Shown: in pieces, positions 27,508 through 37,061 of the stretch
Layout: each line of letters opens with the position of its first letter
How positions within the stretch are numbered: the stretch's first letter is position 1
Source of the DNA: a bacterium
Lineage (GTDB): Bacteria; UBA10199; 2-02-FULL-44-16; DYJF01
Length of the DNA: 64,000 nt
Direction of reading: 5' to 3'
NCBI GenBank assembly: GCA_041739675.1
Contig: JBGSNL010000069.1
Coordinates: 11,592 to 75,591 of the forward strand
Position numbers and translations under genes: made by a program
The notes under the pieces: model-generated
The model's database searches: none
What the model saw: only the letters and a program-made list of their open reading frames with translations
What the model was told of the DNA's origin: nothing

Positions 27508-28980
27508 CTATTTCCTTTTCTTTATCCTCACCGCAACAAGTATTGCAGGGGCCGTGAAGATGAGCCACCAGAGGCCCAGAGATGGGGCGAGTGTATTGTG
27601 ATTATTGGCCGGCACTATCGCCATGGACTGCCCGCCGCCGCCGCATCCGCCGCCCGAACCGCCGCCTGAGCCGCCGCCGGATGCCGCCGTTGCCGTTTCG
27701 CCTACGCCATCACCAGTTACTTCTCCCGTGGCCGACGAACCCGAAGATGCAATTGTTATCCCCTCGTCGCTTCCAACGGTGACAACAGGACCGTCGAGCT
27801 TCAGGGCCTCAGCAGTATAAGCGGACGATTGCTCGGGAGCATCTGCTAATGCTATGAAATACCAGTCCGGATCACCGCATTTTTTGGCCGGTATTGTGAC
27901 ATGGGAGGGAAACGTTATCGAACAATTATTCCTATCGTCCACTGTGCATTTCGTAAGATAGTTGGATGCCTGATTGTAGAAGGTGTCAGATTCATAGACG
28001 ATCACTTCTTGGCCGATTGCAACGGTACCTGACTTGAATCTCAGATGACGTGAAACAATATTGCCGGCCTCGTCTTTAACGCAGAAGAGTCCTTCCTTTT
28101 TGGCGGGATCAGGATCACTTAGCGTTATTTCCGGCTTGACGATTCCCGTCTCAACGAGAATTCCATTACCTGAAGTGGGTCTTATTCCCTCTTGAACATT
28201 GTTGTGAATCAAATTGAACGGAAATCTGTTTTTCTCTCCGCTTACCCAATGTAACCCTATTTTATTATCGAATAACTCAACCTTCTTAACCTCAAACTGC
28301 GCCTCGTCAAACGGAACGCCGTCAAATAGCGGGCCGAGGACGATTTTTGACCCTTCAAGACGGACCGCTTCGCCAAAGCCGTGAGCAACCATATTCAATA
28401 TGCGATGATTACAGCCGCTGATCACAAGGCCCTTTCCCATGTCGGCCGGGCCGATTCCCGCCAGTATGACATCATAAAATATTACCGGACTCGTTGCATT
28501 GATAGTAACGAGCGGGAAGCTACTGTCTGCCACAGCGGGATCTCGTTGGATTTTCAGGCCGGAGATTAAAATTGGTTTATCGGCAGAATAATTGAGTATA
28601 ACACCCGAACGCAAATCAATTGGATCACTTTGGACAAAACAGAGTTTAAAAGTGTCGCCATGCAAATGGGTCGAATAGGCATTCAGCATCTCCTGAAGTA
28701 CCTCGTGTTTCTCCCTAGCCGCAGGTATGAAGTCAGGTCCAAAAGGGATTTTTTGATCTTCCGGAACATCATCACATGTGAATGCCGTAGCCGGAATTGA
28801 AACTTCAGGGCACGATTCCGAAGGGCGCGTTATCGTTGGTATCGTTGCTTCATGTTCTGCAACCGTCGGTCTTGGAGACGATGCTTCGGGAAAGAGCGGT
28901 CGCGGTTCAGCGTTGAGCGAAATCGAAAAAACTATCGTGAAAAAAAGAGCGCTCAAAAAGCAAAGTGTTTTTTTCTTCAT
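27508..28980 (-). CDS. secreted right-handed beta-helix protein with Gly-rich linker and C-terminal TM + basic tail (sorting-signal-like)
   Basis: Signal peptide MKKKTLCFLSALFFTIVFSISLNA; repeated ..N.I.N....G..I..G.. beta-helix-like turns; C-terminus GGGSGGGSGGGCGGGGQSMAIVPANNHNTLAPSLGLWWLIFTAPAILVAVRIKKRK. Confidence 0.6.
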   Translation of the reverse strand: MKKKTLCFLSALFFTIVFSISLNAEPRPLFPEASSPRPTVAEHEATIPTITRPSESCPEVSIPATAFTCDDVPEDQKIPFGPDFIPAAREKHEVLQEMLNAYSTHLHGDTFKLCFVQSDPIDLRSGVILNYSADKPILISGLKIQRDPAVADSSFPLVTINATSPVIFYDVILAGIGPADMGKGLVISGCNHRILNMVAHGFGEAVRLEGSKIVLGPLFDGVPFDEAQFEVKKVELFDNKIGLHWVSGEKNRFPFNLIHNNVQEGIRPTSGNGILVETGIVKPEITLSDPDPAKKEGLFCVKDEAGNIVSRHLRFKSGTVAIGQEVIVYESDTFYNQASNYLTKCTVDDRNNCSITFPSHVTIPAKKCGDPDWYFIALADAPEQSSAYTAEALKLDGPVVTVGSDEGITIASSGSSATGEVTGDGVGETATAASGGGSGGGSGGGCGGGGQSMAIVPANNHNTLAPSLGLWWLIFTAPAILVAVRIKKRK

Positions 28981-29159
28981 AACTTATCCCCCATTTCCGG
29001 TAACCTCGCCCTACATATAGAGCAACAAATATGCCACTAGGCGGACTCCGGAATGGAAGTAAATTATGCAATGAATTCAGACATTTAAGCGCGAGGCGCG
29101 AAATTGGGTGGGTTGAAACCTACCGCAGAAAAGCTATATAAATGTCAAACTGATAATGG

Positions 29160-32108
29160 CTACTGGCAGTCGCCTTCAGGGTCGCCGACGGGGGAATAGC
29201 AGACGCTCATGCTTGCCATGTCAACCGGTATGGGCGGCGGTTGAGTGGGGTATGTCTCTTGTGCATAGGCGATGAGTTGCTGCACGAACGAGTAGTTGAT
29301 TCCGCCCGAATATGACCTGCCGGGCAGAGCAAATTTTCTGGTATCGAACGACAACGGAATTTCTCTTATATCCCCACCCATGGGGAAGGAGCTTGATGTA
29401 TAGGCTATTCTCCACTCGTCAGGACACATGACGGCGCGGTCCTCACGGCCGTCACCGTCAAAGTCGGCCAATATTGGACGGCACTCAAGAATTCCCCAAT
29501 AAACTTTGCCCTGGGGTGGAGTCGGTTCCAAGGTCAGATAATTCTCCGAAATATTCCACGTCCCACTATTTTTAAGCCCTATTCCATTGCCATGAGTATA
29601 AACGAATGGAACATAATGATTTCCGCCAAATATATACGGCGATTCACGTCCTAAATCTATCGTTGGATTTTGTATTGAAAACGCCACAAGTCGGCCCTCT
29701 TCGGACAAACCATCAGGCACTTTATAGCCGATATAGTATTTTCCATTGACGGTTGAATTAATTTGTCCAGGCGCCGGCAAATAAGCCCACCCCGGCGCGG
29801 CAGTGAGTCTCGCGGCGTTGAGATACTGCACATTCTGATTGAACGTTCCGTAATCGGATCTGTCAGCGCCGCCGAAATCTATTCTCCAGTATCCGTCGGA
29901 GCACGCGATAGCAATATCAACCCAGCCGTCGCCGTCATAGTCTCCGGGCACGGGGCGGCTGTATTGGCTGTCCCACGGGTCCATCTCCAGCGTATCAACC
30001 CACTCTGCAGAATAATCTATCTCCCAATCCCAACCGTGCCAGACTCCTGTGCCAAGAAGCGAGCTGTCTGTGAATGCGATATACCATTTACCGTGTTCTT
30101 TATCGTAAACCGCAAAGTCTTCTCTGCCGTCAGAGTTGTAATCCTCCACAAAAGGCCATACCCATCTGCTTGTGACGGGCGTATAGTTGAGAACCATGTC
30201 CCACGCGCCGTAATTGTCTCCGCCGCTGCCGATGCTTGACAGATCCACCTTCCACTGGCCGTTTGTCCATGAGACAAGATCGGCCCTTTGATCGCCGTCA
30301 AAATCCAGCCATTTTGCCTTTTGTGTTCCCGGTACCCACATTGCATCGTCGGGGCATATAGGATCGCTTCCGGCAGGATCTGAATCTTTGCAGATGAGGC
30401 CGATGCCGATAGTGCGGAGGGCGATCATTTCTTCAAGAGTTAATCTGCCGCCCGATCTCAATTCGGGATATGTAGCAGAAACCGACGACCAGAATGTATC
30501 GACTGCCGCTATTGCCTGATCGATTCTGGGCTGTCTTCCAATAGTTCCCCCTCCACCAGTTTGAGCCACACCCGTTGAAACGAGTATCTCGCGCATCTTG
30601 AGGGGCATTAAGTAACGATCGTGGCCGAAGAGATTCTTTGCATAGCTCTGAACAAGAACCGCAGCGCCCCCGACCATAGCCGTGGCGGATGACGTGCCGC
30701 CGAATCTGTTCGTATAGAATGCGTTGTTGTCGTCATTGGGAGGGTTGGCCCCTGCGCCGGGGGTCCAGTAATAGGGCCCGGTTGAGCCGCCATAAGGATA
30801 CGCGGTTGTCACGACACCTTGCGCCCATGCATAGGCGTCAACAGGGGAGCCAAAATTCGAGAACGATATCTTCTGATGATTTGACCCCTGCGAGCCGCCG
30901 ACAAGAATGGAGCCTGAGTCGTGATCGTAGAGGGTCATTTCGTAGGAATAATATGTAGCGGAACTTCCAAGATCTACGGAGCCGTTTCCGGAGCCTTCAA
31001 CGATGGTTACGCCCGCCGCAATCGCTTGTTCGATATATCCAAATTCCTCAGGGTCAACCTCCAAAGCCACGCAACCGTATTGATCTGCTTCGGTCATGCC
31101 GGAGCAGAAACCGTCCGGAGACAATCTTCCCGCGCGCTGGACTTCAATCAGATAAATAGTGCCGGGGGGGATTTCGTTGAGAGCCTCAAGAGAACCTTCG
31201 CCATCTGTGAGGACCTGTATCGAATACCTTGGTCCCGCGGTCTTCAGATCGACCTGCGGCGCAAAGCCCGTTGTTCCATGTCCGTTGTCAAGCGAGGCCA
31301 GTATGCCGGCTATTGCAGTGCCGTGAGCAAAATCACCTATGCATCCGGAATCAACAGGCCAGCAAGGTAACGCGCCAAGCATATCTCCGCCGGGCTCGGA
31401 AAGATCGAGATCAATATCCTCATGATCAAAATTCCAGCCGTATTCGCCGTCAACGACGACCATGTTGGCGCCTCTGGCGCCTTCCGCCCATGCAGCCCGC
31501 GCGTTGAGACCGCCGTGGGTTTCATTGGCTTCAAGATAACCCTGTGAGCCGGTCAGATCCGGAACGGTTGCAAGTGTTGTTACGGCCCCTTTGAGTTTTG
31601 GATAAACTTTATCCACGCCGTCGGTCTTCTCAAGCTCGCGCATTGTGCGCACAGCCTCGTCGGGATCGGCTGCTTCAACGTGATATATCAAATTGAAATC
31701 GGTGAGGCTCTTTCCTGATATCTGCTCTAAATATCTTCTCCTTGCATCGATAACTTCAGGGGCCGCGGTGACGCTGCGGCTCAATGCAATGGAAGGGTGG
31801 GCCGTCAGAACAGGTTGCAATATAGATGGAATTTCAATGTTATCGTTTGGAGGCGTGACAGAAAGGCTGAGCTTTGTCGCGTCGTTTGCCCTTGTCGATT
31901 CATTGAGGAAGACTACAAGATAACCTGCGTATCCTTCAGTGTAGATTGTCTGCTCGATGGCCGTGAGCGCGCCGATGTCCTGCGCAGGGGTGGGCCCGTC
32001 AAGCGGAGTGGTTCCGGCGCCACCGCATCCGAAAAGTAAGAAAGCGCACGCGATGACTAAAAAATTCACCGATGCGCTCAGTAATCTTTGCGAACTCTTT
32101 CTCCTCAT
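29160..32108 (-). CDS. secreted subtilisin-like (S8) serine protease lipoprotein with C-terminal FG-GAP/VCBS-like repeats
   Basis: Start at MRRKSS..LVIACAFLLFGCGG (lipobox); S8 triad motifs (..VVDGEYGWN.. Asp region, HGTAIAGILAS His, GTSSATAMVGGAAVL Ser); four D(F/Y)DGDG(R/W).D..(V/I).. repeats. Confidence 0.8.
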   Translation of the reverse strand: MRRKSSQRLLSASVNFLVIACAFLLFGCGGAGTTPLDGPTPAQDIGALTAIEQTIYTEGYAGYLVVFLNESTRANDATKLSLSVTPPNDNIEIPSILQPVLTAHPSIALSRSVTAAPEVIDARRRYLEQISGKSLTDFNLIYHVEAADPDEAVRTMRELEKTDGVDKVYPKLKGAVTTLATVPDLTGSQGYLEANETHGGLNARAAWAEGARGANMVVVDGEYGWNFDHEDIDLDLSEPGGDMLGALPCWPVDSGCIGDFAHGTAIAGILASLDNGHGTTGFAPQVDLKTAGPRYSIQVLTDGEGSLEALNEIPPGTIYLIEVQRAGRLSPDGFCSGMTEADQYGCVALEVDPEEFGYIEQAIAAGVTIVEGSGNGSVDLGSSATYYSYEMTLYDHDSGSILVGGSQGSNHQKISFSNFGSPVDAYAWAQGVVTTAYPYGGSTGPYYWTPGAGANPPNDDNNAFYTNRFGGTSSATAMVGGAAVLVQSYAKNLFGHDRYLMPLKMREILVSTGVAQTGGGGTIGRQPRIDQAIAAVDTFWSSVSATYPELRSGGRLTLEEMIALRTIGIGLICKDSDPAGSDPICPDDAMWVPGTQKAKWLDFDGDQRADLVSWTNGQWKVDLSSIGSGGDNYGAWDMVLNYTPVTSRWVWPFVEDYNSDGREDFAVYDKEHGKWYIAFTDSSLLGTGVWHGWDWEIDYSAEWVDTLEMDPWDSQYSRPVPGDYDGDGWVDIAIACSDGYWRIDFGGADRSDYGTFNQNVQYLNAARLTAAPGWAYLPAPGQINSTVNGKYYIGYKVPDGLSEEGRLVAFSIQNPTIDLGRESPYIFGGNHYVPFVYTHGNGIGLKNSGTWNISENYLTLEPTPPQGKVYWGILECRPILADFDGDGREDRAVMCPDEWRIAYTSSSFPMGGDIREIPLSFDTRKFALPGRSYSGGINYSFVQQLIAYAQETYPTQPPPIPVDMASMSVCYSPVGDPEGDCQ

Positions 32109-32418
32109 AAATGCCTCGCCTTTTCGAGGAGTTGTCAAATTTCTAGCACTAATGACCCACCGCGGCAAGAACATACTTCTTCCTTACCTTACTTTTCGGC
32201 CGAAACCCCAAAAAGTTGCGTGATTTCTTAGGAATTTTAAGGGGTTATAAAATATGGCCCCTATTCTATGATTACGGGCTGTTTCCTTGAGATAACTAAT
32301 CAATTATTGACGTAACTAGCCGATCTGAATGGTTTTTTAAAAACCTTCGCAACTTTTTCCCAAATGAACCGATAATTAAAATGAGTATCTCTTGGGGGGG
32401 GGATCATGGAGGTGAGTA

Positions 32419-32856
32419 ATGTCGACATTTGAATCAGCCGGGCAACTTAGATTTCCTTTTGAATTCGATTTTGCGGAGATTTTACTCCATTTGAGCGATT
32501 CCTGCGGCTGCGCCGAGATCAAACCGACTGTTTTCATGAACGACAATCCGAAAATTATGAAAACAGCTTCATTATTTGAAGATGAATTTAATGAAGCCCC
32601 GGTTCCTGCTAACGGTGGAGCTCAAATATGGGGGACAGAATTTCAATTTGCCTCAATGATAAATTTATTTTTGCTTGATAGTGACTACACCGACCAGCTA
32701 TTCGCACCTTTTGACGATATGTCTGACAATACGATGAATGGTTTGGAATTCGCGCTGCCCTTGTCCGACATCATTTCCGTTGAGTTTTTGTTGCCTACAT
32801 CCGATCTGTTTTTTCCACAGACGTCCGATAAACACTTCACTATAGAGTACCGTTAA
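32419..32856 (+). CDS. hypothetical small acidic protein
   Basis: 145-aa ORF with RBS GGAGGTGA 7 nt upstream of ATG; very acidic, no recognisable motifs; sits in an AT-richer intergenic island. Confidence 0.35.
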   Translation: MSTFESAGQLRFPFEFDFAEILLHLSDSCGCAEIKPTVFMNDNPKIMKTASLFEDEFNEAPVPANGGAQIWGTEFQFASMINLFLLDSDYTDQLFAPFDDMSDNTMNGLEFALPLSDIISVEFLLPTSDLFFPQTSDKHFTIEYR

Positions 32857-32872
32857 TAGGTCGCCGTGTGGT

Positions 32873-33625
32873 TCAATTCTCGTAGCGTACGGCCAGGCCG
32901 ATATAATGATCGTTTACATCGTCCGGGGAAAAAAGCGAAGCCGTCACCGAGCAACCAAGGAAGAGCTTGTCGGAAACACCTTCTCTCACGAGTCCCAGCT
33001 CCCAGTAGGGATACCACCAATAATCGTGCGCTACGCTGCCACCTGCATAGATTGGAAAACCCGCATACATGTGCAGCATCCACAGGCTGCTCTCATCGAT
33101 ATTGGCGTCGAAGCCGGCGCCTAGAAATAACTTGCCTCCGGCGGCGGTTTCGAGGCGCGACGTCTGGTACGTGGCCGCGATACCGCCAAATATGCGCGAC
33201 GCATCCTTGTGCAAAGTTGCGTTGTCGGCCATAGGCGAATAAAAAAGCAGCCTGAGTTCGTGCTCACTGCCCGGTTGTGCCGCGTCCATTGCGTTTACCA
33301 TGCCGACGCTCAGGCCGGCGCCGTCATCCATATTCAAACTGAATCCATCTTGATGTATTTGCGAAAAGAGATGAAGCCTCTGAAAGGCCACGGGGTCTGA
33401 AGTCATGGGTATGAAACTGCGCGAAAAAGAATCTTCGGAGTGCTGGTCGGAACGGGTGAAAGTTGCAAAGAAGTGTTCGAAAGGAATTTTCGTGGGCACC
33501 AAAACGGCGCTTTCAATAAGGGAATAATCCGTATCCAGAGGATCAGTTCTCCATTCGGAAATGAGCCGGTCGGTCGGGGGTGTCAGATCATCGACCATTC
33601 TCGTTGAAATGCCCGGGATATTCAT
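32873..33625 (-). CDS. hypothetical protein (possible outer-membrane beta-barrel)
   Basis: 250-aa ORF ending in aromatic-rich ..GLAVRYEN; alternating strand-like pattern. Confidence 0.35.
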   Translation of the reverse strand: MNIPGISTRMVDDLTPPTDRLISEWRTDPLDTDYSLIESAVLVPTKIPFEHFFATFTRSDQHSEDSFSRSFIPMTSDPVAFQRLHLFSQIHQDGFSLNMDDGAGLSVGMVNAMDAAQPGSEHELRLLFYSPMADNATLHKDASRIFGGIAATYQTSRLETAAGGKLFLGAGFDANIDESSLWMLHMYAGFPIYAGGSVAHDYWWYPYWELGLVREGVSDKLFLGCSVTASLFSPDDVNDHYIGLAVRYEN

Positions 33626-33652
33626 AAAAATCTCCTCTTTTGTCGGACGATG

Positions 33653-36298
33653 TCAATTGCCGTGCTGCTCCATCAAATTGCGAATGACGTCGCAGCGTAT
33701 GCCGAAAAACGTGCGGCAGGGCCGCGCCGTATCCGGTGTTCCGTTTACGAAATCCGAAAGTTGTTGATCGTCGGCAATCGCCGCCGATGCCGTCTCTTCG
33801 TCCATTGCGCGGGCCCTTTCGACGCAGATGCGGGCCATTTCCGGTTCTTCGGCCCGAATGAATCGCGAGGCGAGGCCCACATACACCTTTGCCATGAGAG
33901 GACGTTTATCGCTGTCCTGCGCGAGATCTACAACTGAGAGTATATCATACAGATTTTTCAAATAGATATTGTCACAGTGGCTGCCCGATCGCAAAAATCT
34001 GTTGAATTGGGAGAGAAAGTCATCAAATACACTCTGCACGGCCGGAGTGAAAGGATCGCCGGTAGCTTGAAACCAGTTTCGTGCCGCATCAACGCCCTCC
34101 ATTATGGCGACGATCATGGCGTATTTCAGGTAGGTTGCTTTTATAAGGGAGAGATCAACGTCGGGAAGAGTTTGTGCCTGCTCTAGAAGCGATTTGATGG
34201 TTTCAAATACATTGTGAGCCGCCCTGACGTAATTTTCATTTGCCGTTAAAACCATTTCAAACACAACCTTATTGTAAAGCAGGTCAGGGATTGCGTTCGA
34301 CGGTCTGTCCTCGAAAAACGACGCTATATCTTCCGTTCTTCCGAGGATCAAGCCAGTCTTTATAAATTCCATGACAGCGGCGCGATCATACGGTGCCACC
34401 AGTAAATCCTTTCCTCTGTTCCAATAGAAAAGCGACTCGTCTTCCCTGCCGGTGGAGAAATAAAGATAAGCGAGCAACAGATATGGAATGGGGCTTTGCG
34501 GCTCGATAGAAATCAGGCGTTGCGCATGGCCGATCGCTTTCTCAATTGAATCGGAGGGCTCCGGACTCTCTCCGGCCATGGCGCTCAGGAAATACAGCCT
34601 TGCCGCAAAATATTGGAAAAGTGAGTGGGTCGGATACTGTGCAGCGCGCGCATCAAAGAACTCCGCTGCATCGGCATATTTTCCCGAATCGTGAACCGAT
34701 TTATAGAGATTGCACACGGCAAAGATGTCATTTGGATTCAACGTGACCGACTTTGCAAGCCAGCGCATCGACTTCTCAAATAATTTTGCAGCCGCCTCCA
34801 TCGGATTTCCAAATTGCAGTCCTCCTCTCGAAATATTTTCAGCGATCTGGAGCGTGCGGCTGGAAAGGTCCGTATAGGCGAAGGCGGCGAGGTGCGAGTT
34901 CTGCGCCTCCAGCTTCCGCATCGTGTCGTTCAGCACCGTTTCGGCGGCATCGACAACGCTTTGATCGCCGCTCAAAAACGATCTGTACCAAGCGCCACTA
35001 TTCATCAAATAATCGGCCATCGGATGGTCGGCGGCATTGCGCTCTATATCCGATGTCAACGTATTAAAACCCGCCGTATCCGTAAGAAAAGAGGTGAGCG
35101 ATACGAAATATGGTTCAAGTGAATCCGGAGCCATGCGAAGATATAATTCGCTCGTGGCATTTACCGTGTCGATGTCTCTTCTTGCCCGAGATGTGATAAC
35201 TGTATTGGAAAGCGTGCCCAAGGCAAAATTCAAAGGAGAGGTTTCAATCGAATCCGTGAATCTGACGTCAAACATCTCCCCCGTCGGATCGATTGCCAGC
35301 GTCCGGCCCGACGACTGTGGGAGTCCCACCATGACGTGGTCTTTTTCCGCTTGATCCAGCAGGATAAGCATCGAGAGTGTCGGCTCGAAATCCTGATTCA
35401 TGAGGAAGACCGGCTCAAGGCCAGCGTACTCATAAAGATAATACAGTATGGCGCTCATCTCGCTGCAGTCACCTTTGTGCAACTCATATGCCTCATAGTC
35501 GGGATATTCATTATCCGAGTCCCCCGTGATGCCATTTTTGTACTTCCATTCTATTAGCCAGTCGAAGATTCGTCTTGCCAGTTCCTGTTTGTAGGAATCG
35601 CTGTCCTCCGAGACATTTCTCCATTCCCTTGAAAGCTCTCTTTTGATTCTGTCGACGACTTCGTTGAGTTCGTTTCTGGCGTCGTCGTCTTCAGTTGTGG
35701 CAGGGTCGAAATCGTTCATTGCAAATGGAACGGGAAAGCCGTTGTCATAAAGGAGTTGATAATAGGCCGGATGCCTGTACGCGTGTTCAAGGACCTCCCT
35801 TGTTTCTATTCTGGAGATATCGTTACGATAGACGTTTCCGAACAGCGGGTCCAGGATGTAGCCGGTGTTCACCTCCTGCTCCAACTCGCTTACGCTGCCG
35901 CCGCTTTCAAGACGATCCTCGATGATTCCCGCCCACACCTTTCCAACCTCCCACATCACGGGCGCTTTTCCCTTCGTGATCGCGCTGTAGACGTTGGCTG
36001 CCGCTCCCGCCGTATCGAAACCAAGACGCCCCAGATAATCCTGCTGAGGAAGAAGATCTCTCACGCCGTTGGGCAATTGGTCGTAGGAAGGAAGATTGGC
36101 GAGCAACGCCGGATTGCCTCCGGAATCTGCGCATTCCGCCGCGGAGGAATTATCTGAGCAATAATTTGTGATTGCGTTTTCAATCCTCGAAAGGATCGTG
36201 CGACAACTGTTTTCGTCGGTCTGGCGCTGCGGATCCGTGTAGCCGGTGCACAAACCCGCGTTCACTGGTCCAACTTGGCCACCGGGAAACATAGGCAC
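33653..36298 (-). CDS. large TPR-repeat protein with transglutaminase-like cysteine-protease core
   Basis: N-terminal region HKGDCSEMSAILYYLYEYAGLEPVF resembles the Cys motif of transglutaminase-like domains; C-terminal ~500 aa of TPR-like helical repeats. Confidence 0.45.
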   Translation of the reverse strand: MPMFPGGQVGPVNAGLCTGYTDPQRQTDENSCRTILSRIENAITNYCSDNSSAAECADSGGNPALLANLPSYDQLPNGVRDLLPQQDYLGRLGFDTAGAAANVYSAITKGKAPVMWEVGKVWAGIIEDRLESGGSVSELEQEVNTGYILDPLFGNVYRNDISRIETREVLEHAYRHPAYYQLLYDNGFPVPFAMNDFDPATTEDDDARNELNEVVDRIKRELSREWRNVSEDSDSYKQELARRIFDWLIEWKYKNGITGDSDNEYPDYEAYELHKGDCSEMSAILYYLYEYAGLEPVFLMNQDFEPTLSMLILLDQAEKDHVMVGLPQSSGRTLAIDPTGEMFDVRFTDSIETSPLNFALGTLSNTVITSRARRDIDTVNATSELYLRMAPDSLEPYFVSLTSFLTDTAGFNTLTSDIERNAADHPMADYLMNSGAWYRSFLSGDQSVVDAAETVLNDTMRKLEAQNSHLAAFAYTDLSSRTLQIAENISRGGLQFGNPMEAAAKLFEKSMRWLAKSVTLNPNDIFAVCNLYKSVHDSGKYADAAEFFDARAAQYPTHSLFQYFAARLYFLSAMAGESPEPSDSIEKAIGHAQRLISIEPQSPIPYLLLAYLYFSTGREDESLFYWNRGKDLLVAPYDRAAVMEFIKTGLILGRTEDIASFFEDRPSNAIPDLLYNKVVFEMVLTANENYVRAAHNVFETIKSLLEQAQTLPDVDLSLIKATYLKYAMIVAIMEGVDAARNWFQATGDPFTPAVQSVFDDFLSQFNRFLRSGSHCDNIYLKNLYDILSVVDLAQDSDKRPLMAKVYVGLASRFIRAEEPEMARICVERARAMDEETASAAIADDQQLSDFVNGTPDTARPCRTFFGIRCDVIRNLMEQHGN

Positions 36299-36308
36299 CT
36301 CATTACTG

Positions 36309-36899
36309 CTACTGATTCAATGGTGTCACTGTGTGACTCCGAATTACACGCCCATCTTGTGTTACCCCGTGCACGTCGACCTCGGTGTAAGGCGTAGCGG
36401 AAACGCTGCCCAAATTTACTTCTCCAAATCTTAGGCACACGCCTCCCCAGACAAAATGCCAAACGTCATAATCTTCACTTGCATACATTCTGGCATCGTA
36501 GCCCACGGCGAAGCGGAAAGATTTGAGGAATAAATTGCTGTCGGCATTGTAATAAAAAGGAGTGAATTCGATTGTTGCGCCGACTGAAAAGCCGTTTCCA
36601 AGAGGGTTGCTGATTGGAAAGATGCCGTAGCTGTAACCCGCGGAGGCAAGTATCTCAAAATGCTTCACATCGCCGAAGCTGATTACAAAGCGAGGATCCA
36701 CGCTTACCTCATCCGGCTTAACCGCAACATATGATGACAACTCGGCGCCTAAAGTCAGCATCAGTGGGTTGTCATTTTCAGATTCAGTAAGTTGAATGGG
36801 AAAGCGCGGAATAAGTCTCAGAGCGCCTGTCACGTGATCATCTTCTGATCCAACTCTTCCGCCTACACCACCGCCGAAACTTATGAAAAAACCTCCCAT
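36309..36899 (-). CDS. hypothetical small outer-membrane beta-barrel-like protein
   Basis: N-terminal G-rich hydrophobic segment, alternating aromatic residues (Y/F/W) every second position. Confidence 0.35.
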   Translation of the reverse strand: MGGFFISFGGGVGGRVGSEDDHVTGALRLIPRFPIQLTESENDNPLMLTLGAELSSYVAVKPDEVSVDPRFVISFGDVKHFEILASAGYSYGIFPISNPLGNGFSVGATIEFTPFYYNADSNLFLKSFRFAVGYDARMYASEDYDVWHFVWGGVCLRFGEVNLGSVSATPYTEVDVHGVTQDGRVIRSHTVTPLNQ

Positions 36900-37061
36900 A
36901 AGGGCTCCCTTCTTTTTTTATTTGGCAGGAAAGTGAAGACAGAAACGACGGACCTTTGACACAAGGATAAATGAAAAAACCATGGAGCCATTCTTAGCAT
37001 AACCGCTCCTTATGGCCTCCCCCAAGGCTTTGCCGCAAGGTGTCAGAGATCAGCAGTTCTG

